Origin: the human T2T-CHM13v2.0 reference genome, Homo sapiens
Assembly (NCBI RefSeq): GCF_009914755.1
Contig: NC_060932.1
Strand: one strand, 5' to 3'
Length of the DNA: 64,000 bases
The position numbers and the translations under genes were made by a program. This document shows, piece after piece, positions 41,570 to 54,747 of this stretch (within the stretch, counting starts at the first letter, position 1; each line of letters starts with the position of its first letter). The notes below the pieces were generated by a model that saw nothing but the letters and a program-made list of their open reading frames with translations, searched no databases and was not told the DNA's origin.

Positions 41570-42866
41570 TGATTTCTTAATTACGAAACAAAATATAGGT
41601 ATGAACTAGATTAACTTTAGAGAATCAGATTAATTAATGATAGGCTGGATAGTATGTAGATAGAAGGAATGTGTGGAAAAGATATATGAAGAGGGAGAGG
41701 GGGAATGTTTTTAGTTTTAGATTTACATTTACCCAAATATTGAAATAGCAATTATTCAGTTAGTATGTAGTTAAATATCTGAAGTGCTGAAACATATATC
41801 CAGATTTAATAGAAAAAGATTTTAACTTCATTGAAAAAAATTTTTGTTCAGTCTCTATTTACTGTTCTGAAAGCAATCCATAGAAATTAAAGTCTTTAAT
41901 TGACATTTCTATTTCAATAAGATATACTCAATATCTATGTAAATTATTATAAAATTCTATAAGCCAACATTCAATATTTTTAGATAATTTTCTAAAATAT
42001 TTTATAAATATTTCAAAAATAAATCAAATGTGATTACTAGGTTCCATGGGATCCATAAGAGAAGGATCACATATCACAAGAATGTGTTAATATTTTGTAG
42101 AATTAAAGCTAGAGATTATGATGTTTAAACAAGAAGAACTATTGCATATTATTTATAAATGTGTTATCCTTTGTTTAATTTAGGTAATTGTCTTGCAATT
42201 AGTTGTATAGCAATTAGGGAATAGAGTTTGAGCCATAATACACGCTTATCAATTGTTTTTTCAAATATATCATCAAAACAAATATAATTGTGTATTTTAT
42301 ATATTTTTTCTAGGAAGGCTTTTTGTTTTTGCTGGTTAAATATAATAACAAGAAAAGTGGCAAAAATTCTACACAGACTTTTAAATACACTTTTCACCAG
42401 CATAACAATTGTACAATGATCTAAACTAGGAATTTAATATGTTTTTTTTAAAAAATAGAAGACAAAAAATAAAGATGTGAATTCTAGATGTACTCATTGC
42501 TGCTGAGTATATTACTTCTAGGCCGTTTTCAGAGGATAACGCTAGGACATTCATGGATGTATTCTAAACCATACACAACACACCTATACCTATTTATATG
42601 TTTGATTCTCAAGGGTTCTTCAAGTATACTATTGTATCATTTCCTAATAGAGATTTTTTTAATCAATTATGTCTCCAATAGATTTATTTGTCCAACTTCA
42701 ATGTTAATAGCTATAATGTCCTATATAGTTTAAACATTTAATGAAAAAATTCTTTTTTCAACCTATATAATTATTATTAAAAATGCAAACACTTTCTGGT
42801 ACAAATGTTTTCCTCTATTAATTTTATAGAAAATACTAACATTAAGTTTTACATTGAACATCATAA

Positions 42867-43179
<313 letters not shown>

Positions 43180-43933
43180 AAGTTTTTCTAACTTCAAGAA
43201 GCAGAGGAAGGACACAATGTCATTATTCTCAAAGTTGTAGACACATCTGCTTTCATCCAAAGTCCATTAGAATTGTGTTTGTCTTTTCATTGTAACCAAA
43301 CTGTTTGGGCACTAGTGAAGATGAACTGTAGTATACAAAATTAGCATGATGTAATTCAATCAAATTATAATTACTTTCTGTTACATTGTTATTTGTAGAG
43401 GAATAATAAAGATAGATTTCTAGTCTCTGAAGACAAAGGTCTTCCTCCCTTTCTCACTTTAACTCCAACGCCCGTTTGTCTCAGGCATACAGTAGACAAT
43501 CAATAAGTTAAAACATACCATAAATCAACATGAACTCTCTAATTTTGTATTCTCAGATTCTGGTTCCAATGTGATGAAAACATCGCTATTTCTGGATCAC
43601 GTACAGACTAAATATCAAGAGAAGTGATTCTCTTTCTCTCTTTCTCCTGCTTTCTGTAATGGCCATTCACCCTCATTTGCATTCCCTGCAGACAGCCAAA
43701 AGGGAAATGAGAAGATGGCCTTTGGGTCACTCAGCTTGGCTAACACCCTATTAAGTCTCAGAAATGACAGAGTGTGGGAAAGGCTTTACATTACAGGTTA
43801 TATTAGGTTTTAAGATTATCTATACCAGCGCTATCTCAGTTCTTCATGACCACGGATAATTAAAGTGAAGTCTGCATTCAATCTGCTGCTTTTCTATGGT
43901 TGGCTGAACACTAGGGAAATTTAGATGTATGGG

Positions 43934-44088
43934 AAAATATGAAAATATTTTCTAGTACTTGAAAAACTCCTTTACAAAATTGAAAACGATATAGTCTTTT
44001 CTTTTTATGACTGGGAAAATGATATAGGTTATGTTGAGAAAAACTGGAATGTGTCAGGGAAGAAAACAAAATTTTTTAATGTAACTTT
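43934..44088 (+). repeat. Apparent donor of a ~150 bp inverted duplication (copy at 46561-46710)
   Basis: The 31 bp core atgaaaatattttctagtacttgaaaaactc (43939-43969) is the exact reverse complement of 46675-46705; ~87% identity overall by hand count. Confidence 0.93.
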
Positions 44089-44454
44089 CGAATTGAAATC
44101 ATTTCTATTTTTATTAGTAATATTTGCTCTGATGTGGAAGCAAAGAGACTTCCAGCTAAAAACAAGAAGCTGAGAAAAGGAAACCTTCTTTTCTAGGGTT
44201 CCCTGTTCTTAGATGTGACAGACTGTTAGTGAGAGTAAGACTGATATTAATACCCTGGGCCCAGGCCAAAAATACCATGCATCTGTAACTTGTCCCAGGA
44301 CCTACAAAGTAACAAGATACAACAGAAACTTGTTGGAGTTTCATATGAATGCACATGTGATTATTGAACCACTTTATATATATTACGTACCATATAATTA
44401 TAATATGTATTATACAAACATTATCATAAATACTAACAACATTGAAAAAGAAAC

Positions 44455-44747
44455 TTTTTTTTTTTTGAGACAGAGTCTCACTCTGTCACCCAGGCTGGAG
44501 TACAGTGGTGCCATCTTGGCTCACCACAACCTCTGCCTCCTGGGCTCAAGTGATTCTTCTGCCTCAGCATCCTGAGTAGTTGGGACTACAAGCGTGCACC
44601 ACAACTTCCAGCTAATTTTTGTATTTTTAGTAGAGACGGGATTTCGCCCTGTTGGACAGCTGGTCTCAAACCCCTGACCTGAGGTGATCCACCTGCCTTG
44701 GCCTCCCAAAGTGCTAGAATTACAGATGTGAGCCACCATGCCTGGCC
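44455..44747 (-). mobile_element. AluSx-type, full length
   Basis: tttgagacagagtctcactctgtcacccaggc...cctgacctgaggtgatccacc...atgcctggcc; flanks gaaaaagaaa / gaaaaagcaaa. Confidence 0.95.
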
Positions 44748-45075
44748 GAAAAAGCAAATATTAAAGATTACTTTTCCCATGTCATCAGACATTTATCATC
44801 ACCTAAACGCTCTCCTGATTTTAATCATTTCAAGCAGAATTCCTATGAAATTGTTATTAAATTGAATATAAACTTTTGTGCTTTAATGTGGTTTTATTTA
44901 ACATAAGAATCTCTACTAATTTTTCATTACTATTTAAAAGGCAAAACACCATCTCAATAATTTATTTCAGCTTAATTTTTAAGAATATTAATATATTGAC
45001 ATATTTCCTCTTTTTTGCTTTTAATTCCTTATTTGGTAACAAATAATTCTTTTTTCATTTAGAATTATAATCTTG

Positions 45076-45984
45076 CAAGGAATTCATGACCAAAAACCCA
45101 AAAGCAAATGCAATCAAAACAAAGATAAATATGTTGGACTTAATTAAACTAAAGAACTTCTGCATAGCAAAAGGAACAGTCAGCAGAGTAAATAGAGAAC
45201 CCATAGAGTGGGAGAAAATCTTCACAATCTATACATCTGACAAAGGACTAATATCCACACTCTACAACTAACTCGAACCAATTAGCAAGAAAAAAAATGT
45301 CATCAAATAGTGGGCTAAGGACATGAATAGATAATTCTCAAAAGAAGATATACAAATGGCCAACAAACATTAAAAAATGCTCAACATCACTAATGATCAG
45401 GGAAATGCAAATCAAAATAACAATGCAATACCACCTTAGGCCTGCAAGAATGGCCATAATCAACAGATCAAAAAATAACAGATGTGGACGTTGATGCAGT
45501 GAAAAGGGAACACTTCCACACTGCTGGTAGGAATGTAAACTAGTACAACCACTACAGAAAACAGTGTGGAGATTCCTTAAATGACTAAAAGTAGAACTAC
45601 CATTTGATCCAGCAATCTCAGTACTGGGTATTGATCTAGAAGAAAAGAAGTCATTATTCATAAAATATACTTGCAAATGCATGTTATGGCAGCACAATTC
45701 ACAATTGCAAAAATGTGGAACCAACCCAAATGCCCATCAGTCAATGAGTGGATAAACAAACTGTGGTATATATATTGTGTGTGTGCGTATACATACATAT
45801 ATATATATCTCCACTCATTGATAAACGAGCGTATATATCATATATATACTCGAATGTACCACTCATCGATAAGAAATAAGCATATATATATATATATACA
45901 CACACACACTCAAATGTACCAGTTATCAATGGCATATATATATATATATGTGTATATATATATATGTGTATATATATATATGTG

Positions 45985-46029
<45 letters not shown>

Positions 46030-46406
46030 GATGGACTACTACTCAGCTATAAAAAGGAATGAATTAATGGCATTCGCAGCAACCTGGGTGGAATTGGAGA
46101 CTATTATTCTAAGTGAAGTAACTCAGGAATGGAAAACCAAATATCGTATGTTCTCACTCATAAGTGGGAGCTAAGCTGTGAAAGCTTTGAAGATGCAAAG
46201 GCATAAGAATGGCACAATGGATTTGGGGACTGAGAGGACATGTGTGGGAAGGGGGTGAGGGATAAAAGACTATGGATTGGGTTCAGTGTATACTGCTCAG
46301 GTAATGGGTGCACCAAAATCTCACAAATCACCATTAAAGAACTTACTCATGTAACCAAATACTACCCACTTCTCAAGAACTTATGAAAATAAATTTTTTA
46401 AAAAAA
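45076..46406 (+). mobile_element. 5'-truncated L1PB1-type LINE with internal TA microsatellite
   Basis: ORF2 3' part ([26 protein letters not shown]) and the L1PB1 3' end gggtgcaccaaaatctcacaaatcacca..aaagaacttactcatgtaacc. TSD aatcttg (45069-45075 / 46407-46413). Confidence 0.92.
45768..46030. repeat. (TA)n/(TG)n/(CA)n expansion with interspersed inverted copies of flanking L1 sequence
   Basis: tccactcattga at 45810 is the reverse complement of tcaatgagtgga at 45741-45752; actc(g/a)aatgtacca repeated at 45848 and 45908. Confidence 0.85.
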
Positions 46407-46510
46407 AATCTTGGTAAATGTAACCAAAGTGGGATAACTATGTCACAACTTTTCTGTCTCCTTTTACGTATTACCTTTTCCTCTCCAGAAAGACTACTAT
46501 ATTTTTTAAC

Positions 46511-46710
46511 AATTCTCAAAAGAAGATATATAAATGCCCAAAAAACATGAAAAAAATGCAAAAATTACATTTTTGGTTTTCTTTCCTATCACATTCCAGT
46601 TTTTATTAACACAACAAATATCATTTTGCCTGTCATAAAAAGAAACGGCTGTATCATTTTCAATTATTGTAGAAGAGTTTTTCAAGTACTAGAAAATATT
46701 TTCATGTTTT
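46511..46710. repeat. Composite insertion: ~50 bp L1PB piece (like 45333-45380) plus inverted copy of 43934-44088
   Basis: aattctcaaaagaagatatataaatgcccaaaaaacatgaaaaaaatgc followed by the reverse complement of upstream unique sequence. Confidence 0.9.
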
Positions 46711-46994
46711 AATTTTATATATAAAGTTTGTTTGAAAGCCAAATATTGTGTCTTTTTCTTCTATAGTTTAATTAATAGTGTTTTATGGCATTTATGAATA
46801 TGATTAGTTGTTAACTTTTTTTGCTTTCTTTTTGCTTTTTTCTTTGATATTTTTCATCGTACGTTCACTACATCTTTAATTTCAAAGTATTGAATGTACC
46901 AGGTGTCAACAGCATTTTACATGCGCAGCTTTCTAGGCGTCATCATTCATTCTTCCATTCCATAGATACATGTTGATACCTTTGTGCATCACAC

Positions 46995-47535
46995 TGTGGG
47001 AAGCACCAGACATTGTTGGTATTTATTGTTTCGCCACAATCATCACATCCTCTTTTTATGGTAACCAGTTTGTGGTTTGGGTTTAGATGATCTACACTTC
47101 TTCCACTCAGCCCATCTGTGTTAGGTAAAACTGATTCTCCATCCTTCACCCCTCAGCTCCACTAGTAGAACAGTCAATTGGTGCATTTCCTTGTTAAGCT
47201 CTCAGTGACACTGTGGAAACAAACACATAATCTAACAGAACCAATGAATGTGTGAAGACTCCTTTTTTTTCCTGTAGCACCCAGAATGCAAGCATCTAGA
47301 GAAGAAACGTGGCTGCTACCACAGAGAGCTTTCTCTGCATCCACCTCTCAGAAGTCACAGTGCTGAGACTGAGAGAGATTCACACTGTCCAGCCACATGG
47401 CGGAGGGCTTCGTTCCTCATCCTGCAGCTAGCCTTACACCAGTTCAATTAGGCTAATCTACATATTTGCTTTTCGCTTAAAAGTCAGTTGGTTTAGTTTT
47501 GTAGTCACTTGTATCCTAAAGAATATTAATAAATA
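46995..47535 (+). mobile_element. Old MLT1 (J/K/L-like) or related ERVL LTR
   Basis: LTR-type end gcttaaaagtcagttggtttagttttgtagtcacttgtatcctaaagaatattaataaata; internal aaccaatga motif. Confidence 0.55.
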
Positions 47536-47559
47536 ATTTGGGTTCAAAATAAACACAAA

Positions 47560-47786
47560 ATGATGAAAACATCCCTGTGTTTTGTGGGTTTACAAGGAAC
47601 AATAGACTAGTGAGAGATACAGATATTATAAAATAATTATGTGATGATTTAATTGTAACTCTGGTGAGTGCTACAGTGTCTAATAATCCAGATCTCTAAC
47701 CTAGGTTTCTTGGCATGTGGAAGCCTTCTGAAATCGCCATTTTGCGTGTGTGTGTATTTAAATATATACACACATATATGTATGTA

Positions 47787-47833
<47 letters not shown>

Positions 47834-48270
47834 GGAGAGAGAGAGAGAGAATATGTATATAGTACCAAGTTCTCTGTAAGATGTCTTGGAGATGGTATTC
47901 CTAAGGATGAGCAGTTAAGTGGATAGCCAGGCAAAGGCCCCCAAATTGGGGGAACATTCTAAGCATATGAAAAATAACATATCATACTCTGAAGCAATAA
48001 AAAGCATGAATAAAAGAAGGGTGGTAAATTTGTGGGAAGTTCATAATTGAAATTTGAGTGGGACAAGATTTGAGTTCCTGAAAGTTGTGTTGAGATTTTC
48101 ACTGGTTATCTTCTGAGCAAAAATTAAAAAAAAATGAAATGCATTCAGAAACAGGCACATAAAATAAGATTTGCTTTTCACAGATACCTCCTACTGCAAT
48201 GTGGAGAATGGAATGATTGAGGAAGAGCAGCAGAGGCAGGGCAATACTAGATTAGATGTGGCAGTGTAGG
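47560..48270 (-). mobile_element. L2 fragment with embedded (TG)(TA)(GA) microsatellite at ~47745-47860
   Basis: catccctgtgttttgtgggtttac...ataagatttgcttttcacagatacctcctactgcaatgtggagaatgga. Confidence 0.6.
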
Positions 48271-48300
48271 CCACTTAGGAGAAAACTGCACTCTTTTAAC

Positions 48301-48301
<1 letters not shown>

Positions 48302-48339
<38 letters not shown>
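48302..48339. repeat. (AC)19 microsatellite
   Basis: Counted directly. Confidence 0.97.
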
Positions 48340-48342
<3 letters not shown>

Positions 48343-49130
48343 ACTGGTTTGAATGAGTGGTAGAAGCAATGCTTATTTTGACGTTTTGTCTAAAATATAA
48401 ATTGCCTGGAAGCTATTTCCAAACTTTCTTTTCATTTTACACACTTTTTCTCACACTAGAATGGGGAGAAACTGAAGCCATTTTAAAATTTGCTTAATAC
48501 AGATTTTTTTAAATGCACTTACACTTTCACAAGAATACCACTTCATTTAATTGTTTTCTCCATTTATTCCATGCACTTTTCACATGTAAATACAGGTAGA
48601 TATAATTTTAATGACTCATTTAATAAGACACTACATTTTAAAACTCTAAGAAAAACACTTAATCTTCCTTACTCTGTTCTCTTTCCTCCTTGAGGTACTC
48701 TAGTAATAAATTTAGTACTGATGATGATATAAAGAATAGGTTATTCTCTATATACTAAAAAGGAAATAAATTATTAGTTTATCCATTTTATGTTATAATT
48801 TCTAATATTTAAAATTTTAAGAACAATATTAAAATGGAATAAAATATAATTTTTCTAATATACATGAAATCACCTATTCTTCTCTTTATAAATATTTTAA
48901 GTTTGTGTATTTTCTTCCAACTTTATGAGATATATAAATGTATTGCTTTTTGAGACTTTAATAAAATCAAACTTTTTTTTCCATTTGGTATGACCCATTT
49001 GTATCTTTAGCATATCTATCACTTCGGTGACTATGTAATATCTCATTCAATTGTCTTCCACAATATACATATTTATCCTCTTAGCTGACAACTTATTTCC
49101 AAATTTTCACCATTGTAGACAGTTCTGTAA

Positions 49131-49484
<354 letters not shown>

Positions 49485-49589
49485 TAGTTTATTTTGTGTT
49501 GGGGGGAGGCATATGGTTTTACAGAATGGTCAACTTTTATACTAATTTTGTCACAGTTTCTCCAGGATGGTGAACCCCTTATTTTGTTT

Positions 49590-49880
49590 TTTCTTTTGCT
49601 TTTAGCAGACAAATAATGTTTGTAAATATTTATGGGTTACAGAGTGAGATTTTGAAGCATGCAATGTGTAATGATCAAATCAGATTGATTAGCATATTCA
49701 TCATCTCAAACATTTATCATTTCTTTGTTGTGAACATTCAAGATCCTCTTTTCTAGCTTTTGAAAATATACACTAAATTATGTTAACCATATTCACCTGA
49801 AAATGCTATAGAACATTAGAACTTATTCCATCCATCTAGCTGTGACTTTGTATCCATTAACCAACCTCTTCCTACCCCGG
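49590..49880 (-). mobile_element. L1MA 3' end fragment
   Basis: atatttatgggttacagagtgagattttg...aatgtgtaatgatcaaatcag...ctatagaacattagaacttattcc...tttgtatccattaaccaacctct. Confidence 0.85.
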
Positions 49881-49912
49881 CCCATAATTTTTCTTAAAAA
49901 ATCTGTGGTTTC

Positions 49913-50206
49913 AACTGGGCGCGGTGGCTCACACCTGTAACCCCAACACTTTGGGAGGCCGAGGCGGGCGGATCACCTGAGGTTGGGCGTTCGAGACCAG
50001 CTTGACCAACATGGAGAAACTCCATCCCTACTAAAAATATAAAATCAGCCGGGTGTGATGGCACATGCCTGTACTCCCAGCTACTCAGGAGGCTGAGGCG
50101 GAAGGATCACTTGAACCTGGGAGGCAGAGGTTGCGGTAAGCCAAGATCACGCCACTGCACTCCAGCCTGGGCAATAAGAGCAAAACTCTGACTCAAAAAA
50201 TTAAAA
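49913..50206 (+). mobile_element. AluSp-type, full length
   Basis: Sp-type diagnostics tgaccaacatggagaaac, gttgcggt, gcaataagagcaaaactc. TSD aaaaaatctgtggtttc / aaaaaatatatgatttc. Confidence 0.93.
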
Positions 50207-50241
50207 AAAAAATATATGATTTCAAAGTCCACAACATCCTT

Positions 50242-50291
50242 TGAAAAATATGACATGTTCATTGTCTGAAAAGTATGACATGTTCATTGTT
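50242..50291. repeat. 25 bp tandem duplication
   Basis: tgaaaa(a/g)tatgacatgttcattgt x2. Confidence 0.9.
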
Positions 50292-51216
50292 TTTAAAGAT
50301 CTGCAAACTGAAAAACAATACTGAAGAAATACTAGTATTAATCTTATATTCCTCCAATATAGTTATTATTGTTTACAAATTGAAAGGTAAATGGTTACTT
50401 AACTTTTTTAATGTCAATTTTCTTAATATTCTGGGATCTAAACTGGTAAAAATGTACTATATCAACATTTATACACATATGCTTTTAAAGATTTAGAATA
50501 ATTTAGAAAAAAATAGATTTAAAAGGTCTCTCTGTTCTTCATTGCACCATGATCATGCTTAATCATGGATAGATTCCTCTCTCACATCCTAGCCACAAAG
50601 TGAGGATTGTTGTATTTTGTTTCTTTCATACTGATCTTGTGATGTCCAACAGAGAAACATGCAACATGGGTCCCTATTTCTTTTTGGTTGCAGAATAATA
50701 AAGGTAGTAAATTTGCATTGCAACCTTTCAGAATAGTGACATAATGAAAGAAAATCATTCAGACTCCATAATTTTAGCTCTTTTGCTCTCAAGTAACATC
50801 ATAGGTAGACTTGCATTTTGGTGTAAAATGTTCCCATCTACCAAATTGATGTTATTTTAAGGATTATTTTAAACTTTTGAGTTAATTGTACGTTATTTCT
50901 TTCTAACATGCTCAACATTTTATAGCAAAACAGAAGAAAAAAACACACATATTGTCATAATTAAATGCTAACCAAGTAGATAGCATTCTGGAGTTAAACT
51001 CTGTCAGCTAAAACCTTAGAGTTGGAAATGAGAAATTTGTAGTGGGAAGAGTCAAAACCATTTTAAATGACAAAGTAAGATTTTCTCATTGTAGTTTTCA
51101 TGGCATATAAATTTGTCAGACCTGTAAGCTACAGTTGTTCATAACACCTGAACAAAGAATTCAAAAGAGTTGAAGGGAAGACTGAAGGTGGTGGGAGGAG
51201 GAGGGAGGAGCAGAGG

Positions 51217-51576
51217 TGATATGGTTTGACTTTGTGTCCCCACCCGAATATCATCTTGAATTGTAATCCCCTTCTGTCAGGGGAGGGGCCATGTGGGAGG
51301 TGATTGGATCATGGGGATGGTTTACCCCATGCTATTCTTGTGAAAGTGAGTGAGTTCTCACAAGATCTGTTGGCTTAAATGTGTGGCAATTTCCCCCAAT
51401 CCTCTCTCTCCTGCCACCATGTAAAATGTGCCTTGCTTCCCCTTTGCCTTCTGCCATGATTGTAAGTTTCCTAAGGCCTCCCTAGCCATGCAGAACTGAG
51501 TCAATTAAACCTCCTTTCTTTAAAATTACCCAATCTCAGGTAGTTCTTTATAGCAGTGTGAAAATGGATGAATATA
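51217..51576 (+). mobile_element. THE1D-type MaLR solo LTR, perfect 5 bp TSD
   Basis: tgatatggtttgactttgtgtccccacc...ttctttatagcagtgtgaaaatggatgaatata. TSD agagg (51212-51216 / 51577-51581). Confidence 0.92.
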
Positions 51577-51734
51577 AGAGGTAATGGGAAAGGAGAGGTC
51601 TTAATGGAGCCAGTTTAGGGATCTTGCATTTCCCAAAGAAGCCATTGAAATTCAAATTACCCTTAGTAGAGTCATGCCATCAATGAAAGAGACCAACAAA
51701 GTTATTGTTGTGCTGACATATAGTCACTAACTAC

Positions 51735-51773
51735 TAAAATGACCACATATTAAGCTGAATATGGGTAACTTTA
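51735..51773 (+). repeat. Perfect 39 bp dispersed direct repeat, copy 1 (probable insertion)
   Basis: taaaatgaccacatattaagctgaatatgggtaacttta, identical to 54709-54747; bracketed by tatagtca repeats. Confidence 0.95.
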
Positions 51774-52172
51774 TAGTCAAGAGGAGTTTGAGGAGGAGAG
51801 TTTCAGTTGACAGAGGGGTTCTCACGGGAGAGTAGAGTCAAATAGAAAGAACAAAGGCCTTTCAATTTTCCATAAAAAATCATTTCCATCCTAGGAGTCC
51901 GGGAATTAATCCCATTCAAAACAAGAAGCTAGGAAGCACTTCCAGCACAGGAGGTACTTTTCAAAAGAAGCCTGAGACTAACCCAGCTTCAGAGAGTGCA
52001 TTCAAAATTATAAGATCAAAATCTCTCCCTGCCATGCTTCAAGGACTGTCCTTGTGAGCATAGAATCAGGAGTTGGCCTCAACAATGGATCCCTGATCAA
52101 TCATCCAGGAGCAAAGACAAAGGTGCACACTTGAATACTGAACCTTATTCTTTATGTCATAGACATCAAAAC

Positions 52173-52589
52173 TGTTAAAGAAAAAGAAATTACTTGTAAC
52201 ACATGTTAAACATGGTAAGGAAGACTTTATTCAAGACAGACTACTGCAAGAGGGGCTTTGCAGTAGATTCAACTCCTAATACAACAAGGACAAGTGGAGA
52301 TTTATAGTCAAGGATTAGAGTTGGGAGTCAGTGAATGGAAAGTTAAGGAGAGAAAATATAAAGGCTGAACAGGATATTTTCTGTAGGCAAGCCATGATGA
52401 TTAAAATATTGAGAATGAGGATGAGAAATTCGATCAGATGTAGAGGGTGATCAGATATCAAAGGTGGAGTTTTTCCACTAAATTGACTCAGCAGAATTCT
52501 CACTAAACTGGACTAAGCAAGCCAAAGACAGAGTCCAAGGTCAAGGCCTTGTTAAAAAAAAAATTTGGTCAAGAATAGAATCTTTGTAA
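52173..52589 (-). mobile_element. MER31-type ERV1 solo LTR
   Basis: tgttaaagaaaaagaaatt...ggtaaggaagactttattcaagac...gagggtgatcagatatcaaaggtgg...tttggtcaagaatagaatctttgt. Confidence 0.85.
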
Positions 52590-53890
52590 TGCCCAAGGCA
52601 GAAGCTTCCCTTCACTTAATGGCATATAGAAAATTTAAAGGACACTATTCTATCTACTCTGAGTGTACATAAATAATGATTACATAGGGACTTCTGAGCA
52701 ACTCTACAAACTGAGAAAAATGAAGTCAGTTATATGAGGAAAGAGATCCTGTTGTTATACATGTTTTATTTTATGTCCTTTCTGTATCATTATCATATAG
52801 CTTTTATACATCTGAGGTGTACAATACATGATTATGTGGCTAGAAATTAGAAGCATTGGCCATTATGTTTTTCCCTTCAGAAGACATAAGGAATGCATGT
52901 TGACTGTGGGTGCATCTTCCATGCTCCAGTGTCTTAAAACAATCAAGCTATAGAAACTATCACCTGGGTAAAAAATGTCCAAAGTTCCCTGACTAGAGAT
53001 TAAACCGTTGAGAAGCAAATGGTGAATCTGGAATAAAAAAAAAAGCAAACACCTACTGTCCCATATAAAACAAACAAACAAACAAAAGACTTCAGTCTTT
53101 CATAGTGTGATAAGCTTAAAGACAATTACCAGTTATTGAAGAGTTCTTTGAACTAGGGGCTTCAAAATCTTAAGTAGGGTCTCATAGGACCAAGCAATCT
53201 TCATAAAGTATTCATGGTAAAACTTTCAATATTTAGAAAAGTACGTAATGAAATTCTACCAAAAACAAGTTAAGCAGTATCAAAATTGCATAGGGTAGTC
53301 ACCTGCACATACACAAATAATTATAAAACATAAGAAGATGCATAGCATGTAAAGCTAAAATAACAAGTTTTACCCCCTCCATTTTTATGAAAAAAAAATA
53401 GCAACCTGACTTGAATTAAAACAACCTCTGGAGGTGGACTAATGTATATTACAAAAAAAGAGTAAGTTAAGGCGTGGGAAAAGTTCATACATTCCTTCTG
53501 CATATTGAATCAATTAATAGCATGTACAAGGAAACCCTTATTATTTGAAGGAGTGGAGAAAAATGACTTGATTCTTTACATGTAGTACAGACTATTATTA
53601 GTATTCCAGATAGACTGTGTTGTAGAGAGTCCATCATATGCTTTGATCTGTCTACATCCACAGCTGGAAACTTTGTACTGGGCCCTGGAAGCATCACTAT
53701 CTGACAGTTGGCTCCATCAGGAAAGTGAGTTGGTGGTTGCAAATGTTAATCAGTGGATCAAAGCATAAAATGGAGCAAAATTGGGTCCTTTTAAAAATCT
53801 GGTTTCATATCCTATAGACCTAAACAATTAAAACATTCATAAATTTTTCCCAACTTATCCCATACTTCTTATCTACAACTCCTTGGGTGG

Positions 53891-54016
53891 TCTTCCTTCC
53901 CTCCCTCCCTCCCTTCCTTCCTTCCTTTCTTCCTTCCTTCCTCCCTCTTTCCCTCTCTCCCTCCCTCCCTCCTTTTCTCCTTCCCCTCTCTCTCTCACTT
54001 TCTCTCTTTTTCTTTT
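53891..54016. repeat. Polypyrimidine (CCTT/CCCT/CT)n tract, ~125 bp
   Basis: Almost pure C/T run. Confidence 0.92.
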
Positions 54017-54708
54017 ATTCCATTTGAAAATGTGTGTTTTAGCTTAAACAATAACCAGTGTTTCAAATGATCAGAAAGATTAAAAAGTTATTTAAATACT
54101 AATATAATTTTAATATATGAACCACACACATACACCCATGCCACACCACACAAACAAACACACACATCCCTTCCCAATGTGAGTAAAAACTCTTAAATAA
54201 TAGACACAACAAGAATATAACTGAGTTAGAAATATACTGGTTTGGATCATTAAACATCTAACAATGACAATGACACCAAGGCAAACAAGCCAAAACAAGC
54301 AAACTAACCTGTTTATCTTAATTCTTATGGCTCCGGACATGCACTTTCAGAACTACCTGATTTTCAGATTCTAATTTTTCTCCTGCATAAAATTCTATAT
54401 ACAAAAAGATATGGTCAAGACCAATAGAGTTTTCTAAAATGTGCTGTAATTCTATAGTTTTGCAGATGAAATTAATTCCTCTTCCACAGAATATTCATTC
54501 TATTTAAATAGTTGAAAGCTGGTTTTTATAATAAGAAGTATTTCATGGTGAATGGCAAAAAATGCTGTAACAGAAGTACAGACAATTTGGTGAAAGTCAG
54601 ATAATCTATGTTTTGACAATTTGAACAGATAAAGAATGAAAATAGCCTTTCTCTAAAATTCCATGCCTTTGCATGCAGCACTCAAATAATTCATGATGCT
54701 AATGAAGT

Positions 54709-54747
54709 TAAAATGACCACATATTAAGCTGAATATGGGTAACTTTA
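54709..54747 (+). repeat. Perfect 39 bp dispersed direct repeat, copy 2 (probable donor)
   Basis: Identical to 51735-51773; no flanking duplication seen. Confidence 0.95.

Noticed and set aside
46943-47149. Cys-containing 68 aa ORF (RGCDDCGE...WCFPQC) as a zinc-binding protein
   Set aside because: It lies antisense within a degenerate LTR-like repeat and has no supporting gene structure
51735-54747. 39 bp direct repeats as CRISPR repeats, att sites or LTR ends of a 3 kb element
   Set aside because: There are only two copies, no spacer array and no TG...CA ends, in a mammalian context. The intervening DNA is old unique sequence plus MER31, and only one copy has a flanking duplication
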